Part shown: one piece after another, positions 39,129-48,475 of the stretch
Layout: each line of letters opens with the position of its first letter
Numbering within the stretch: the stretch's first letter is position 1
From: Candidatus Levyibacteriota bacterium
GTDB lineage: Bacteria > Patescibacteriota > Microgenomatia > Levybacterales > UBA12049
DNA length: 64,000 nucleotides
Reading direction: 5' to 3'
Assembly (NCBI GenBank): GCA_016186645.1
Contig: JACPLF010000007.1
Coordinates: 9,151 to 73,150, forward strand
Notes under the pieces: generated by a model
What the model was told of the DNA's origin: nothing
The model's database searches: none
The model's input: the letters and a program-made list of their open reading frames with translations, nothing else
Program-made: the position numbers and the translations under genes

Positions 39129-39260
39129 TTAATCTTAATTTAGCCTTAGATTAATTTGCTATGCGATCAAAACACCCCCTCTAGGTATAATCATTTTGAT
39201 AAAGCAATTATATACAAACAAGCTCTATAATGCAACAGGCACATGAGGCGGATTACAGAA

Positions 39261-39572
39261 CTAATTCTTGTTGAGTATCTTTGCAGATGAACGCTCAACC
39301 TTACCTAATCTTCTAAGCATTTCTTCATGATCATCTTCATTTTTTTCCAATTTTCGTTGAATTGAATCAAGATCCTTATCTTGAGTATCAAAGTTTTTGT
39401 CGTGCGATTTAAGTGTCGCCCTTATCTCAGCATGATCTTTTTCGTTACGCTCAAAGTACGGCAAAATTAATGTATCGAAAAATTCAGTCAGAGCGCCCTT
39501 AATATTCACATTAAATCTGATATCAAAAATCTTCTCGATAGCTTTTAAATCTTTCTTATCTAACATAATCAC
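39261..39572 (-). CDS. hypothetical 103-aa acidic helical protein inserted between rpsJ and rplC
   Basis: Clean ORF, no recognisable family, charged/coiled-coil-like composition. Confidence 0.4.
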   Translation of the reverse strand: MIMLDKKDLKAIEKIFDIRFNVNIKGALTEFFDTLILPYFERNEKDHAEIRATLKSHDKNFDTQDKDLDSIQRKLEKNEDDHEEMLRRLGKVERSSAKILNKN

Positions 39573-39732
39573 ATTTTTTCACTTAAAAACCTCTCTGTCA
39601 ACTAGAATTTTCCATATCGGGAAAAGAAGGCAAGCTTTCCACCTTAGAGGTGGATAGTTTGGGATTATATTTGTGACAAGACTTACGATTGTACACCCTT
39701 GAGGTGTTTTCGTATTTACACCTGCGGAAAGC

Positions 39733-40041
39733 TTACATTCTTATCTCAATATTTACTCCTGCTGGAAGCTCTAAATGCGTAAGGGAATCAATTGTTTTGT
39801 CTGTTGGGGAAATAATGTCAATAAGTCTTTTGTGGACTTTGATTTCAAAATGGTCTTTTGCGTCTTTATCTATAAAAGGGGATTTATTGATCGCGTAAAC
39901 TGATCTTTGTGTAGGAAGAGGGATGGGACCTACTACTTTTGCACCAGTTCGTATAGCCGTGTCCAGTATTTGCTGGCAACAGCTGTCGATTACTCTTGCA
40001 TCATAACTTTTTAAACGTACTCTTATTCTTCCTTTAGCCAT
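39733..40041 (-). CDS. rpsJ: 30S ribosomal protein S10
   Basis: RIRVRLKSYD... Confidence 0.95.
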   Translation of the reverse strand: MAKGRIRVRLKSYDARVIDSCCQQILDTAIRTGAKVVGPIPLPTQRSVYAINKSPFIDKDAKDHFEIKVHKRLIDIISPTDKTIDSLTHLELPAGVNIEIRM

Positions 40042-40053
40042 TTTTTTAAGGTA

Positions 40054-41241
40054 CTAAGCGGTAATTTTTGAAATTACCCCTGCTCCGACTGTTTTTCCGC
40101 CCTCTCTGATCGCGAATCTAAGTCCTTCTTCCAAAGCAACCGGAACAATCAGTTTTACAGTCATTTTTGTGTTGTCTCCGGGCATGACCATTTCAACGCC
40201 TTTTGGCAATGTCACTTCTGCTGTTACGTCTGTAGTTCTGATATAAAATTGCGGTCTGTAGCCTGTAAAAAATGGCGTGTGGCGTCCGCCTTCTTCTTTG
40301 GTCAAAATATATCCCTCTGCTTCAAACTCCGTATGAGGAGTAATTGAGCCCGGTTTGGCAAGAACTTGACCCCTTTGGACATCGTCTTTCTCAATTCCTC
40401 GGACCAAAAGCCCAACATTGTCCCCTGCTTGTCCATCATCCAGCTGTTTGTGAAACATTTCCACTCCTGTTACAACAGTTGCTTTTGTAGCTTTTAAGCC
40501 AACAATTTCTACCGGGTCATTAATTTTTACCTTTCCCCTTTCGATTCTTCCTGTTACGACCGTTCCGCGTCCTTTGATTGAGAAAACGTCTTCAACAGGC
40601 ATTAGGAATGGCTTTTCAATATCACGTTTTGGTGTTGGGATCTCAGTATCTACTGCATCCATAAGAGCCATGATCTGTTTTTCAGCCTCAGCATCACCAT
40701 TAAGAGCTTTCAAAGCTGATCCCCTTATGATTTTGATGTCTTTTCCTGCATATTGGTATTTTGTTAGAAGCTCTCTGACTTCCATTTCAACTAGATCCAA
40801 GAGCTCTGCGTCTTGAACCATATCGACTTTGTTAAGGAAAACTACAATTGCCGGAACTCCGACTTGACGAGCCAAAAGAATATGCTCTCTTGTTTGAGGC
40901 ATTGGTCCATCAGGAGCTGAGACAACCAAAATTGCTCCATCCATCTGGGCTGCGCCTGTGATCATGTTTTTGATATAGTCTGCGTGACCCGGGGCATCTA
41001 TATGAGCATAATGACGCTTTTCTGTTTCATATTCGATGTGGGAAATATTAATCGTGACTCCGCGTGCTTTTTCTTCCGGAGCATTGTCAATGTCTTCGTA
41101 CTTCATGGCCTGTGCCATACCCTTTTTGGAGAGAACTGTCGCAATAGCTGCAGTTAAAGTGGTCTTACCATGATCAACGTGGCCAATGGTCCCGATATTT
41201 ATATGAGGTTTTGTTCTTTCGTATTTCTTTGTGTCCGCCAT
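40054..41241 (-). CDS. tuf: elongation factor Tu
   Basis: [22 protein letters not shown]. Confidence 0.97.
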   Translation of the reverse strand: MADTKKYERTKPHINIGTIGHVDHGKTTLTAAIATVLSKKGMAQAMKYEDIDNAPEEKARGVTINISHIEYETEKRHYAHIDAPGHADYIKNMITGAAQMDGAILVVSAPDGPMPQTREHILLARQVGVPAIVVFLNKVDMVQDAELLDLVEMEVRELLTKYQYAGKDIKIIRGSALKALNGDAEAEKQIMALMDAVDTEIPTPKRDIEKPFLMPVEDVFSIKGRGTVVTGRIERGKVKINDPVEIVGLKATKATVVTGVEMFHKQLDDGQAGDNVGLLVRGIEKDDVQRGQVLAKPGSITPHTEFEAEGYILTKEEGGRHTPFFTGYRPQFYIRTTDVTAEVTLPKGVEMVMPGDNTKMTVKLIVPVALEEGLRFAIREGGKTVGAGVISKITA

Positions 41242-41282
41242 AATTTGAAACTAAAAAAACCTTTTGATCAAGGTTAAATTTA

Positions 41283-41311
41283 AGTATACATCATTTTCTT
41301 TCTCCAGTCAA
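41283..41311 (-). promoter_or_regulatory. sigma70-like promoter upstream of tuf
   Basis: Minus strand TTGACT, 17 nt, TATACT. A weak AT-rich hairpin AACCTT-GATCAA-AAGGTT plus T7 lies between it and the ATG. Confidence 0.4.
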
Positions 41312-41325
41312 TACCCAAAAGTAAA

Positions 41326-43056
41326 TTATCCAAAGGTAAATGCGAAGACTTCAATGCCTGGGGAAAATTCTAGTCTTAATAAATAATTTTGCGCCTGATT
41401 TAATTGAATAAGATTATAAAGCATATCTTTATCAACAATAGTTACTCCGTTCTCAACGTCTATTCCTCCTCTTAAATTATCTATCAATTTTCCATCGAGG
41501 AAAACTTTTACTTCCCCAACTCCAGAATTTGGAGGCCTCATCACCAAAAATACTTTGCTGGCGAAAAAATTATATTCCAAAACCGCATTCGCACCTGCTC
41601 TAGAGTATTCATTATCAACCATCCATTCTCCTCCCAAACTAAAAGAGTTTGGCGGAATATTTTTTGAAAGTTTAAATGTTTTATTTCCATTTGTAACCCC
41701 ACCTCCCGGATATAAATATTGCATTCGTGACGATCCTAAATATGTTTCCGGAGAATTTCGAGTCTTGGGAGTTTGATCTACGGCTTCGATCATATCGTCG
41801 GAGACCGAATTACCCGCTTCCCTCAATAACTCCTGAATTGCCTTTTCCATTTCATCATATTCTCCCTCTCCAAAATGAACTTTTCTTATTATGCCTTTGC
41901 TATCTGCCAAATATTTTGCCGGCCAATATCTGTTGTTATACGCATTCCATGTTGCATAATCATTGTCTTGTGCAACAGGATAATGGATGTTATATTGTTT
42001 GATTGCTTGTAAAACATTATCTGTCTTTTTCTCAAACTCAAATTCCGGAGTGTGAATTCCGACCACCACAAATCCTTGATTCTTGTACTTCTCGTACCAT
42101 CCGGTGACAAATGGAAGAGTGCGAATGCAATTGATGCAAGTGTATGTCCAGAAATCCACAAGCACAACTTTTCCCAGCAAGCTTTGCATAGTTAAAGGAT
42201 TATCCGTATTAAGCCATTTCGTAATGCCCGCAAACTCAGGGGCATTTCCCAAATTAGGAAGAGCAGCTGAAGATTGGGGCATTTCTTTTTTGAGATCAAT
42301 CTTCATGTTGCGTAATTTATCAAGTTGATCTTTGACGCTGTTAGCGCTTTCCAATTTGTAAAGAAAATTAGAATATGAAGGAATTGCGTCTAGGAGCTTC
42401 ACTTGAATAACTTTGTCATAATTTGTATAAATTGCAACTGCTGTTAAAATCATAATGATTCCGAATATTTGCTGTATTCGTCCGGTATATTTTGATAAAA
42501 AGCGGGTCTTGGAAAAAAGATGACTTCCCAAAGTTGCAAAAATAAAAAGAGGAATTCCAAGTCCAATAACGTAAACGATGGTGACTAAGACAATTTCGAA
42601 ATTTACAGTTCTGGTTGCGGCTAAAGTTGCAATGGTTGCTAGAATTGGACCTGCGCAAGGCGACCAAACAAGTCCCAGTGAAAAACCGATAATTAACCCT
42701 CCCCAAAAACCATGGTGTGAATTGCTGGAAAATCCAAAACTTCTGCTAATTCTACTTACAAATCCTTCCAAGATTCTTGAAAGAGCAGGAATTACTAACG
42801 TTAATCCCAAAAAACCAATAACGATAACAGCAATTAAACGCAGAGAATTGGGGTCAAAATTGAAAAGTTTCACAAAATAAGAAATAGTAAGAGTAAAAAG
42901 AGCAAAGCTTATCATGATGCCGATTGTAATCCCTAGTGGCTTTCTTTTTTCTCCCGTTACAATTGAAGAAAATATAATTGGCAAAAGCGGCCAAATGCAC
43001 GGAGCAAGAATTGTAACAAAACCTGATAAGAAAGCGAAAAAAAGAAGAATCAACAT
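41326..43056 (-). CDS. CcdA/DsbD-family transmembrane thiol-disulfide transporter fused to TlpA/ResA-like thioredoxin domain plus unknown C-terminal domain
   Basis: LAPCIWPLLP and WSPCAGP transmembrane Cys pair, then thioredoxin fold with CINC active site (VVLVDFWTYTCINCIRTLP). Confidence 0.7.
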   Translation of the reverse strand: MLILLFFAFLSGFVTILAPCIWPLLPIIFSSIVTGEKRKPLGITIGIMISFALFTLTISYFVKLFNFDPNSLRLIAVIVIGFLGLTLVIPALSRILEGFVSRISRSFGFSSNSHHGFWGGLIIGFSLGLVWSPCAGPILATIATLAATRTVNFEIVLVTIVYVIGLGIPLFIFATLGSHLFSKTRFLSKYTGRIQQIFGIIMILTAVAIYTNYDKVIQVKLLDAIPSYSNFLYKLESANSVKDQLDKLRNMKIDLKKEMPQSSAALPNLGNAPEFAGITKWLNTDNPLTMQSLLGKVVLVDFWTYTCINCIRTLPFVTGWYEKYKNQGFVVVGIHTPEFEFEKKTDNVLQAIKQYNIHYPVAQDNDYATWNAYNNRYWPAKYLADSKGIIRKVHFGEGEYDEMEKAIQELLREAGNSVSDDMIEAVDQTPKTRNSPETYLGSSRMQYLYPGGGVTNGNKTFKLSKNIPPNSFSLGGEWMVDNEYSRAGANAVLEYNFFASKVFLVMRPPNSGVGEVKVFLDGKLIDNLRGGIDVENGVTIVDKDMLYNLIQLNQAQNYLLRLEFSPGIEVFAFTFG

Positions 43057-43149
43057 AAAGCTAAATTGACCTAATTACTCTAACTTCTAACTCACCTAAA
43101 GAAATACCAAGTTCCAACTTAGAAATTAGGCCTGCCACGTTTTACGTGG

Positions 43150-43650
43150 TCAATTAGAATAATTAGAAATTTCTTCTAAGAATCTTTCTTTACTCCATTG
43201 ATCTACAGATCTTGAAATCTCCTGCCCATTCCTGAGGAAAATTTTTGTATGTTGATATGGTACATTGAAATCTTTTGCAAGTTTTTTTTCATCTTCATCG
43301 GTCTCGCTATCATTGAAATTTACCCTAAATCCAATAATTCTATCCGTTGTTAAAGAATTAAAACCATCGAAAATTCCTGGCTCCTCAGCTCGGCAGATCG
43401 GACACCAATTAGCATAGAAATCCAGAAGAATTATTTTTTCAGATTTCAAAGCTTTTTCATAGTCATCTTTATTAAATTCCAGAAATGGAGAATAACCTCC
43501 TGCCAATACTCTTCCTGAATATCCCTCAATTTTCCTTTCTTCATTGGTAGCTTCTTCTGAGATTGTCGTTTGCTTTTGACTATTAAAAATAACTATCGTT
43601 CCAAAACCCAAAACAATAACTGCAATAAATAGAATTAAGAGCTTGTTCAC
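43150..43650 (-). CDS. membrane-anchored secreted thioredoxin-like protein
   Basis: N-terminal TM, WCPIC active site. Confidence 0.7.
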   Translation of the reverse strand: MNKLLILFIAVIVLGFGTIVIFNSQKQTTISEEATNEERKIEGYSGRVLAGGYSPFLEFNKDDYEKALKSEKIILLDFYANWCPICRAEEPGIFDGFNSLTTDRIIGFRVNFNDSETDEDEKKLAKDFNVPYQHTKIFLRNGQEISRSVDQWSKERFLEEISNYSN

Positions 43651-43705
43651 ATGTATATTATCCTAAGATATCAAACGTTATGTCAAGATGAGGATTAAAG
43701 AGGAA

Positions 43706-44185
43706 TTATCTTGTTACCGATATTACTTCACCTAGCTCTTGATTACCAGCGGCAACAGAAACAGTTATTCTGCTATTTGTGGCGCTCTGGGATATCTCAT
43801 ATTCAGTGTTATATGCCACTCCACAAGCAGTTATAGCGACTCCATCATTAGCCGCACCAGGATCAGATGGTAAAGCAGCAATATAGTCTGGTACTAAAAG
43901 AGCACATATGTCTGCCTCTGCTGCCCCTGCACCGTCGTCTGTAGCAATTGCAGCAACGGTTTCTGTAATACCAGCGGGAACAGCTCCTGCATTATCTGCC
44001 ATATATTGATTGACTGCATTAAGAATTGCATTAACATCGCTTCTTCTTTTTGTGTTATTTGCCTGAGAGAATTGTCTTGCCGGATTAATAGCGATAAGTG
44101 TGATTGCCAATAAGACTGCGAGGATTCCGATAACAACTAGGAGCTCTATTAATGTGAAACCTTTTTGATTTTTAAATAATTTCAT
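43706..44185 (-). CDS. type IV pilin (major pilin candidate)
   Basis: Class III signal MKLFKNQKG/FTLIELLVVIGILAVLL, with a Cys pair for a C-terminal disulfide loop. Confidence 0.8.
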   Translation of the reverse strand: MKLFKNQKGFTLIELLVVIGILAVLLAITLIAINPARQFSQANNTKRRSDVNAILNAVNQYMADNAGAVPAGITETVAAIATDDGAGAAEADICALLVPDYIAALPSDPGAANDGVAITACGVAYNTEYEISQSATNSRITVSVAAGNQELGEVISVTR

Positions 44186-44256
44186 GGGCAGTTATTTACT
44201 ACACAATCAGTATAGTCATAAAAAAAAGTCGTTGTCAAGGGGGAGTTTTGTAAAAT

Positions 44257-45390
44257 TTAAGTCCTGCCTATCAATACAGTAATTGTCTGATCAAAATCTT
44301 GATTTTCCGAAATTGAAATACTTGGTAAAACTTTTTTTATTTCTATAAATGCTTTTTCTCTGGCATCGGCAGGAACATTTTTGGAAAAAACTACAGAAGA
44401 CTTTTCTGCAGGTGAAGTCTCTGAAACTGAGCTTTTAATATCTTGAAAGCCTATTGCTTGTAATTGTTGGCTGAGACTATTAAATATTTCCGAAGCTTGC
44501 GTACTTTGCACAATTTTTACTCTTATAACTTTAAGGTCAGTGGGTATTGCACTTGCTTGAATCTGAACTGAGGGGGCTGTGGTTGGGATAGCAACACTGT
44601 TATCAACAGCGCTTTTTATTTTTTTACTCGCAGGATGCGTTTGGGAAGCTCCCATGTTAAGATAAACAACCGCAAGAATAATTACAAGAGTAACAAATAC
44701 GCCGATCAATATATAAAGGCTTAGATTTTGCGGTTTCTTTTCTTTTTCCTTCTGTTCTATCTCTAAGCCCTGCGGAGAAGTTATCCTCTGTTGGTTTGTC
44801 AATAAGTTACCCGTTCTTAAGACTTCGGATCCTTCTAAAATAATTTGTATATTGTTTTGTGTTAATCCTGCCGCAAAATTTATGTTTGTCCCATACATAA
44901 AGCTAGGAATTACCGCTTCTATTGTAGATCCTTTATTGACAAATACGTCAGCAATTGTCATAACAAGATCTTTATTAACAGCAGCTATACGGTTTAATTT
45001 ATCTGTTTTAATAACTTTGGCGAGGACTTCTTCAAAGGGAACATCTTCCAAAAATGCCTGTATCTCTTCTTTATGCTCTTTATCTATATTTCCCGGTGCT
45101 TCTAAACTCACAGTCTGAACAGGAGGAGTCTGTTTTTCTACAATATCAACCATATCCTTTTCATAAATTATGTTATCCGACAGAACTAATGAAAGGCTGC
45201 TTGGAACTATTTTATTTATTTGGATAAAAGTCGCAATAAGCCTCCCGAATTGCTCTTTATTCACCACATCCAAATTGGCAACAATATCCGGGGTGAAATT
45301 AAATCTCGCAACGTTTGAAAGAGTATCTTGAAAGATACTAAATCCGTTTCTGTCTAGAAATAAAATGATAGGATGGTTTTTAGAAGACAT
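44257..45390 (-). CDS. type IV pilus assembly membrane protein (PilM/PilN-like cytoplasmic N-domain, one TM, C-terminal LytR_C-like domain), putative
   Basis: Bitopic topology. The C-terminal region resembles the LytR/CpsA/Psr C-terminal domain pattern. Context-based. Confidence 0.3.
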   Translation of the reverse strand: MSSKNHPIILFLDRNGFSIFQDTLSNVARFNFTPDIVANLDVVNKEQFGRLIATFIQINKIVPSSLSLVLSDNIIYEKDMVDIVEKQTPPVQTVSLEAPGNIDKEHKEEIQAFLEDVPFEEVLAKVIKTDKLNRIAAVNKDLVMTIADVFVNKGSTIEAVIPSFMYGTNINFAAGLTQNNIQIILEGSEVLRTGNLLTNQQRITSPQGLEIEQKEKEKKPQNLSLYILIGVFVTLVIILAVVYLNMGASQTHPASKKIKSAVDNSVAIPTTAPSVQIQASAIPTDLKVIRVKIVQSTQASEIFNSLSQQLQAIGFQDIKSSVSETSPAEKSSVVFSKNVPADAREKAFIEIKKVLPSISISENQDFDQTITVLIGRT

Positions 45391-45393
45391 GTT

Positions 45394-45822
45394 TCATAAT
45401 TCCTTCCAGTTTGAAAATGTATAATATCCGTTACTATAATTCATTTGCGCCTGAACAGTTCTTTTAAAATTTCCATTTTGCCCAACCGAGACAACAGTCT
45501 TTGGATTAGCTCCTGTTACTGTTATTACTGCTGTTCCTGTACCAACTGTTAATGTCTCCCCTGCATAATTAGGATCTCGCAACAATCTTAAGAGCGCATT
45601 CTCAACTCCGCTTTCTGCCGTATAATATGCCGATGTCCCCTCCTGAAGCTTACTTGCGGAAATAGAGTTGGCAATAATAATTATTATTGCTCCAGAAGTA
45701 ATTGTCAATGAAATCAATACAAAAAATAATAATGTTATTAACGCCTGCCCCTTTTGAAGATGAGAAATGAGAAATGAGAAATGAGAAATATCTAGTAATT
45801 TGTTTTTAAAATTATTTTTCAT
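45394..45822 (-). CDS. pilin-like protein with long repeat-encoded leader (atypical cleavage motif G/QALIT)
   Basis: Leader MKNNFKNKLLDISHFSFLISHLQKG then a hydrophobic helix. Thr not Glu at +5. Confidence 0.45.
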   Translation of the reverse strand: MKNNFKNKLLDISHFSFLISHLQKGQALITLLFFVLISLTITSGAIIIIIANSISASKLQEGTSAYYTAESGVENALLRLLRDPNYAGETLTVGTGTAVITVTGANPKTVVSVGQNGNFKRTVQAQMNYSNGYYTFSNWKEL

Positions 45823-45847
45823 TTTTCACCTTTCATTTTTCATTTTG
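45762..45847. repeat. heptanucleotide tandem repeat cassette: (GAGAAAT)x4 inside the pilin-like leader plus upstream (TTTTTCA)-like x4 arm
   Basis: Exact 4x GAGAAAT on plus (ATTTCTC on the coding strand, encoding ISHFSFLISH). Inverted arm tttttcatttttcacctttcatttttca spans the RBS/start. Confidence 0.85.
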
Positions 45848-46387
45848 TTACTGTCTTCTCAAAGAAATATTTGTTTGAAAATTCCTTACTTCCCGTCCTG
45901 AAATTCTCTCTGTTTTTGAAGTAACTGTAAAATTAATTCTTAATGTATTCTCTATTCCTCCTGCATTTCCCAGACGCTGTACTGAAAAAGCCGAGATACT
46001 AGTTCCATAGTTATTTAAATTATTTGTTCCGAAGTTATTAACAAGAATTAAATTATTATTTGCATCTATACTGTAAGCATAATTTATTCCATCAATAACT
46101 ATTTGAAAATTATCATTAGTATCTCCATTGGAAACAGGAATATTTATGCTTTGCGCCCTATGAATATCATATGCAAGTCTTGCAAGAATATAATTACCAT
46201 CCTGTTCAACGCTGGATGTTGCGTTGGATTCTGACTGAACATCAAGGGCTGAAACAAAAACTGAAGTTAATATTGTTAACAAAACAGAAAGAATAGACAT
46301 ATATAATAGCAGCTCAACTACCGTGACCCCAATTTGCGAATTTCTTAAATTGAAAATTGAAAATTGAAAATTTAAAATTTTTTTCAT
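45848..46387 (-). CDS. minor pilin / pseudopilin with long leader
   Basis: MKKILNFQFSIFNLRNSQIG/VTVVELLLYMSIL, Glu at +5. Confidence 0.55.
   Translation of the reverse strand: MKKILNFQFSIFNLRNSQIGVTVVELLLYMSILSVLLTILTSVFVSALDVQSESNATSSVEQDGNYILARLAYDIHRAQSINIPVSNGDTNDNFQIVIDGINYAYSIDANNNLILVNNFGTNNLNNYGTSISAFSVQRLGNAGGIENTLRINFTVTSKTERISGREVRNFQTNISLRRQ
46350..46377. repeat. heptanucleotide tandem repeat (TTGAAAA)x3+1 in the 179-aa pilin-like leader
   Basis: Coding strand AATTTTC x3 encodes FQFSIFN. Confidence 0.85.
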
Positions 46388-46395
46388 GGCGCTTG

Positions 46396-46459
46396 CCCCG
46401 TTGATGTGACACCGTGAGGCGAGGATGTAAACCTCGCGAACGGCGAACGCTCTACGGGG
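46396..46459. promoter_or_regulatory. GC-rich nested-hairpin element in the 5-prime UTR of the 179-aa pilin-like gene (overlaps stop of the 665-aa gene)
   Basis: CCCCGT...GCGAGG-ATGTAAA-CCTCGC...ACGGGG, ending 8 nt before the ATG. Confidence 0.45.
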
Positions 46460-48449
46460 AATAATTTCCTGTCATATCATAAAAAATCGGGGTTGATAAT
46501 GAATCTGTTGTTGAAAAAAAAGCTTTGTATTTAAAACATTGTCCAGGATTAATATTTATAGGAACTGCAAAATTAAATGTCTGCACACCGGAAGTTTCAC
46601 TTGTTGTAAAAAAAGTTGATGAGGTAGCATCAGGCCCTACAAAAGAAAAACTTGCCCCATCGCAATTTCCGGAAACTTCCGGGGAAACTGCAATTTGGAA
46701 TTGAAGATCTGTGGAATTCGGCCTGTTTATAGACGTATCAAATCTATTAAAAGCTGTTGAATATCCTGAATCAAATACCCCTGAAATAAAAGTGCCGGAA
46801 CTTGCATAGGCTCCCTCCGGCCCTCCCTCAATAATTTTAAATTCAGAAGATGCATCACCTGTCATGATATATGAATATGCATCACCATCAGCCTCCAATA
46901 CTGCTGCGATGCCGTTTATTTTTTTCCCGTCCTGATCGCCTAGATTTAGCCCTCCGCAGCGGACTGGACTGGATTCATTGGAAATGTCAATCACCTGATA
47001 CTCTTCTGAGCCCTCCGTACCTTCTTTACCCACAATAATAGCTCTGTTACTGGGTACAACTGTTACTGCTTTCGGATCCATGCCGTTGGCGTCATAACTG
47101 CCAATTACCGGACGGTTTCCTGTTTTTACAGATGTATCTACAATAAAAAATTCCGGAAGCGCGTCCTGTTTGCCCGTTACAAGATACACTCTTGTTCCCG
47201 TAGTATTGACAAATAAATCTTTCGCGTCTTTTCCGGTTAGGTCTGCCTGGCCGACAATTGTTAAGTTATTTGGATTACTTACGTCAACAATCTGTAACTC
47301 AATATTTGATCCCTTTATTGTCACATATGCATAGGAGCCAACAACTACAACCCGTGTTCCATCTCCCACGGTTACCCCATCCGGATCAAGAAGCGACCGA
47401 GAGCCGCTTTTACTTGAAAGGTCAAAGCTGTAAAGTTTTTTTTCAGTAATCATATAGCCAACATCACCCAAAACCCATACCTGGTCACCCTTTTTATTTG
47501 TTGGAGCATCAAAGAAGCCTACTTCCGAATACTTGTTATTTGCGTCTTTAGTCCTAAGATCAATAATGACGACTTCCTTATGGGGATCGTCGGTTGCGAT
47601 ATAAGCATAATCTGTTTCTCCAAATACGCCATTTGTTTTATATCCGTCAAATGTTCCGTCAATTGATGGAACCGGAGGATTTGTATTGCTAATTGCAACA
47701 TTAGCAAAAGATACTCCTGATGAATTATCGCCAGTACCAACAAAGGTTTTGCCTTCAATGGCTGTTATCGCATCCGCAACGCCCTGCTTTGGCAAATCAA
47801 GGCTTGCGACAATAAATTGTCCTGGCTTACACCAATCCCCATTTCCTCCGGCTCCCAATGTGACTTCTCCGCCATTTGTATTGGTAACAACTGTACCGGA
47901 TTTTGTTCCTGTCTCAAAATCCGCAACTGTAGTTTGGGTAAAAGAATTATTATCCAGATATCTTGTAATAAATAAACTCGCACTAACTGTAGATGCGTAT
48001 GGTTGTGTCCAGGAGATTTCAATATCTACTTTTTTACTTGATGGATCTACAGATCCACCACTTGTGACGATTGCCCCGCTGGATGCTCTCTGAACATCTT
48101 CTATGTCAACTCTTTGCGTAAATGAATTGATATTTGCAGATCCAGTTGCCAGAGTCCAGGTTGATCCAGATATCACAGGATGGAAAGTTCCATTAACTGC
48201 AAAACTGGTCCAGCCTTTTTCCCTGACACTTCTAACTGCATCTACAGTTTCGTTTAGCAAATAAACTGCTTGTATTCTCTGGGTTTGCTGAGCTTTACCC
48301 TCACGCGATGATACTAATCCTGTTAATAACGCAGGAAGTAAAATAGCAGCAAGTCCCATTGCCAAAACTATCTCAACAAGCGACTGCCCCCTCTCAAAAT
48401 GAGATATGAGAGATGAGAGATGAGAAATGTTTAATCCTTTATTTTTCAT
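46452..48449 (-). CDS. large pilin-like protein: prepilin N-terminus fused to ~600-aa extracellular domain (candidate tip adhesin)
   Basis: MKNKGLNISHLSSLISHFERGQ/SLVEIVLAMGL class III signal. Large Gly/Thr/Asp-rich domain with repeated beta-rich segments. Confidence 0.55.
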   Translation of the reverse strand: MKNKGLNISHLSSLISHFERGQSLVEIVLAMGLAAILLPALLTGLVSSREGKAQQTQRIQAVYLLNETVDAVRSVREKGWTSFAVNGTFHPVISGSTWTLATGSANINSFTQRVDIEDVQRASSGAIVTSGGSVDPSSKKVDIEISWTQPYASTVSASLFITRYLDNNSFTQTTVADFETGTKSGTVVTNTNGGEVTLGAGGNGDWCKPGQFIVASLDLPKQGVADAITAIEGKTFVGTGDNSSGVSFANVAISNTNPPVPSIDGTFDGYKTNGVFGETDYAYIATDDPHKEVVIIDLRTKDANNKYSEVGFFDAPTNKKGDQVWVLGDVGYMITEKKLYSFDLSSKSGSRSLLDPDGVTVGDGTRVVVVGSYAYVTIKGSNIELQIVDVSNPNNLTIVGQADLTGKDAKDLFVNTTGTRVYLVTGKQDALPEFFIVDTSVKTGNRPVIGSYDANGMDPKAVTVVPSNRAIIVGKEGTEGSEEYQVIDISNESSPVRCGGLNLGDQDGKKINGIAAVLEADGDAYSYIMTGDASSEFKIIEGGPEGAYASSGTFISGVFDSGYSTAFNRFDTSINRPNSTDLQFQIAVSPEVSGNCDGASFSFVGPDATSSTFFTTSETSGVQTFNFAVPININPGQCFKYKAFFSTTDSLSTPIFYDMTGNYSP

Positions 48450-48475
48450 TTTTCATTTCTAATTTTTCATTTTTA
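48401..48475. repeat. heptanucleotide repeat cassette (GAGANAT)x4 in the 665-aa pilin-like leader plus inverted (TTTTTCA)-like arm
   Basis: gagatat gagagat gagagat gagaaat, then tttttca tttttca tttctaa tttttca. Confidence 0.8.
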
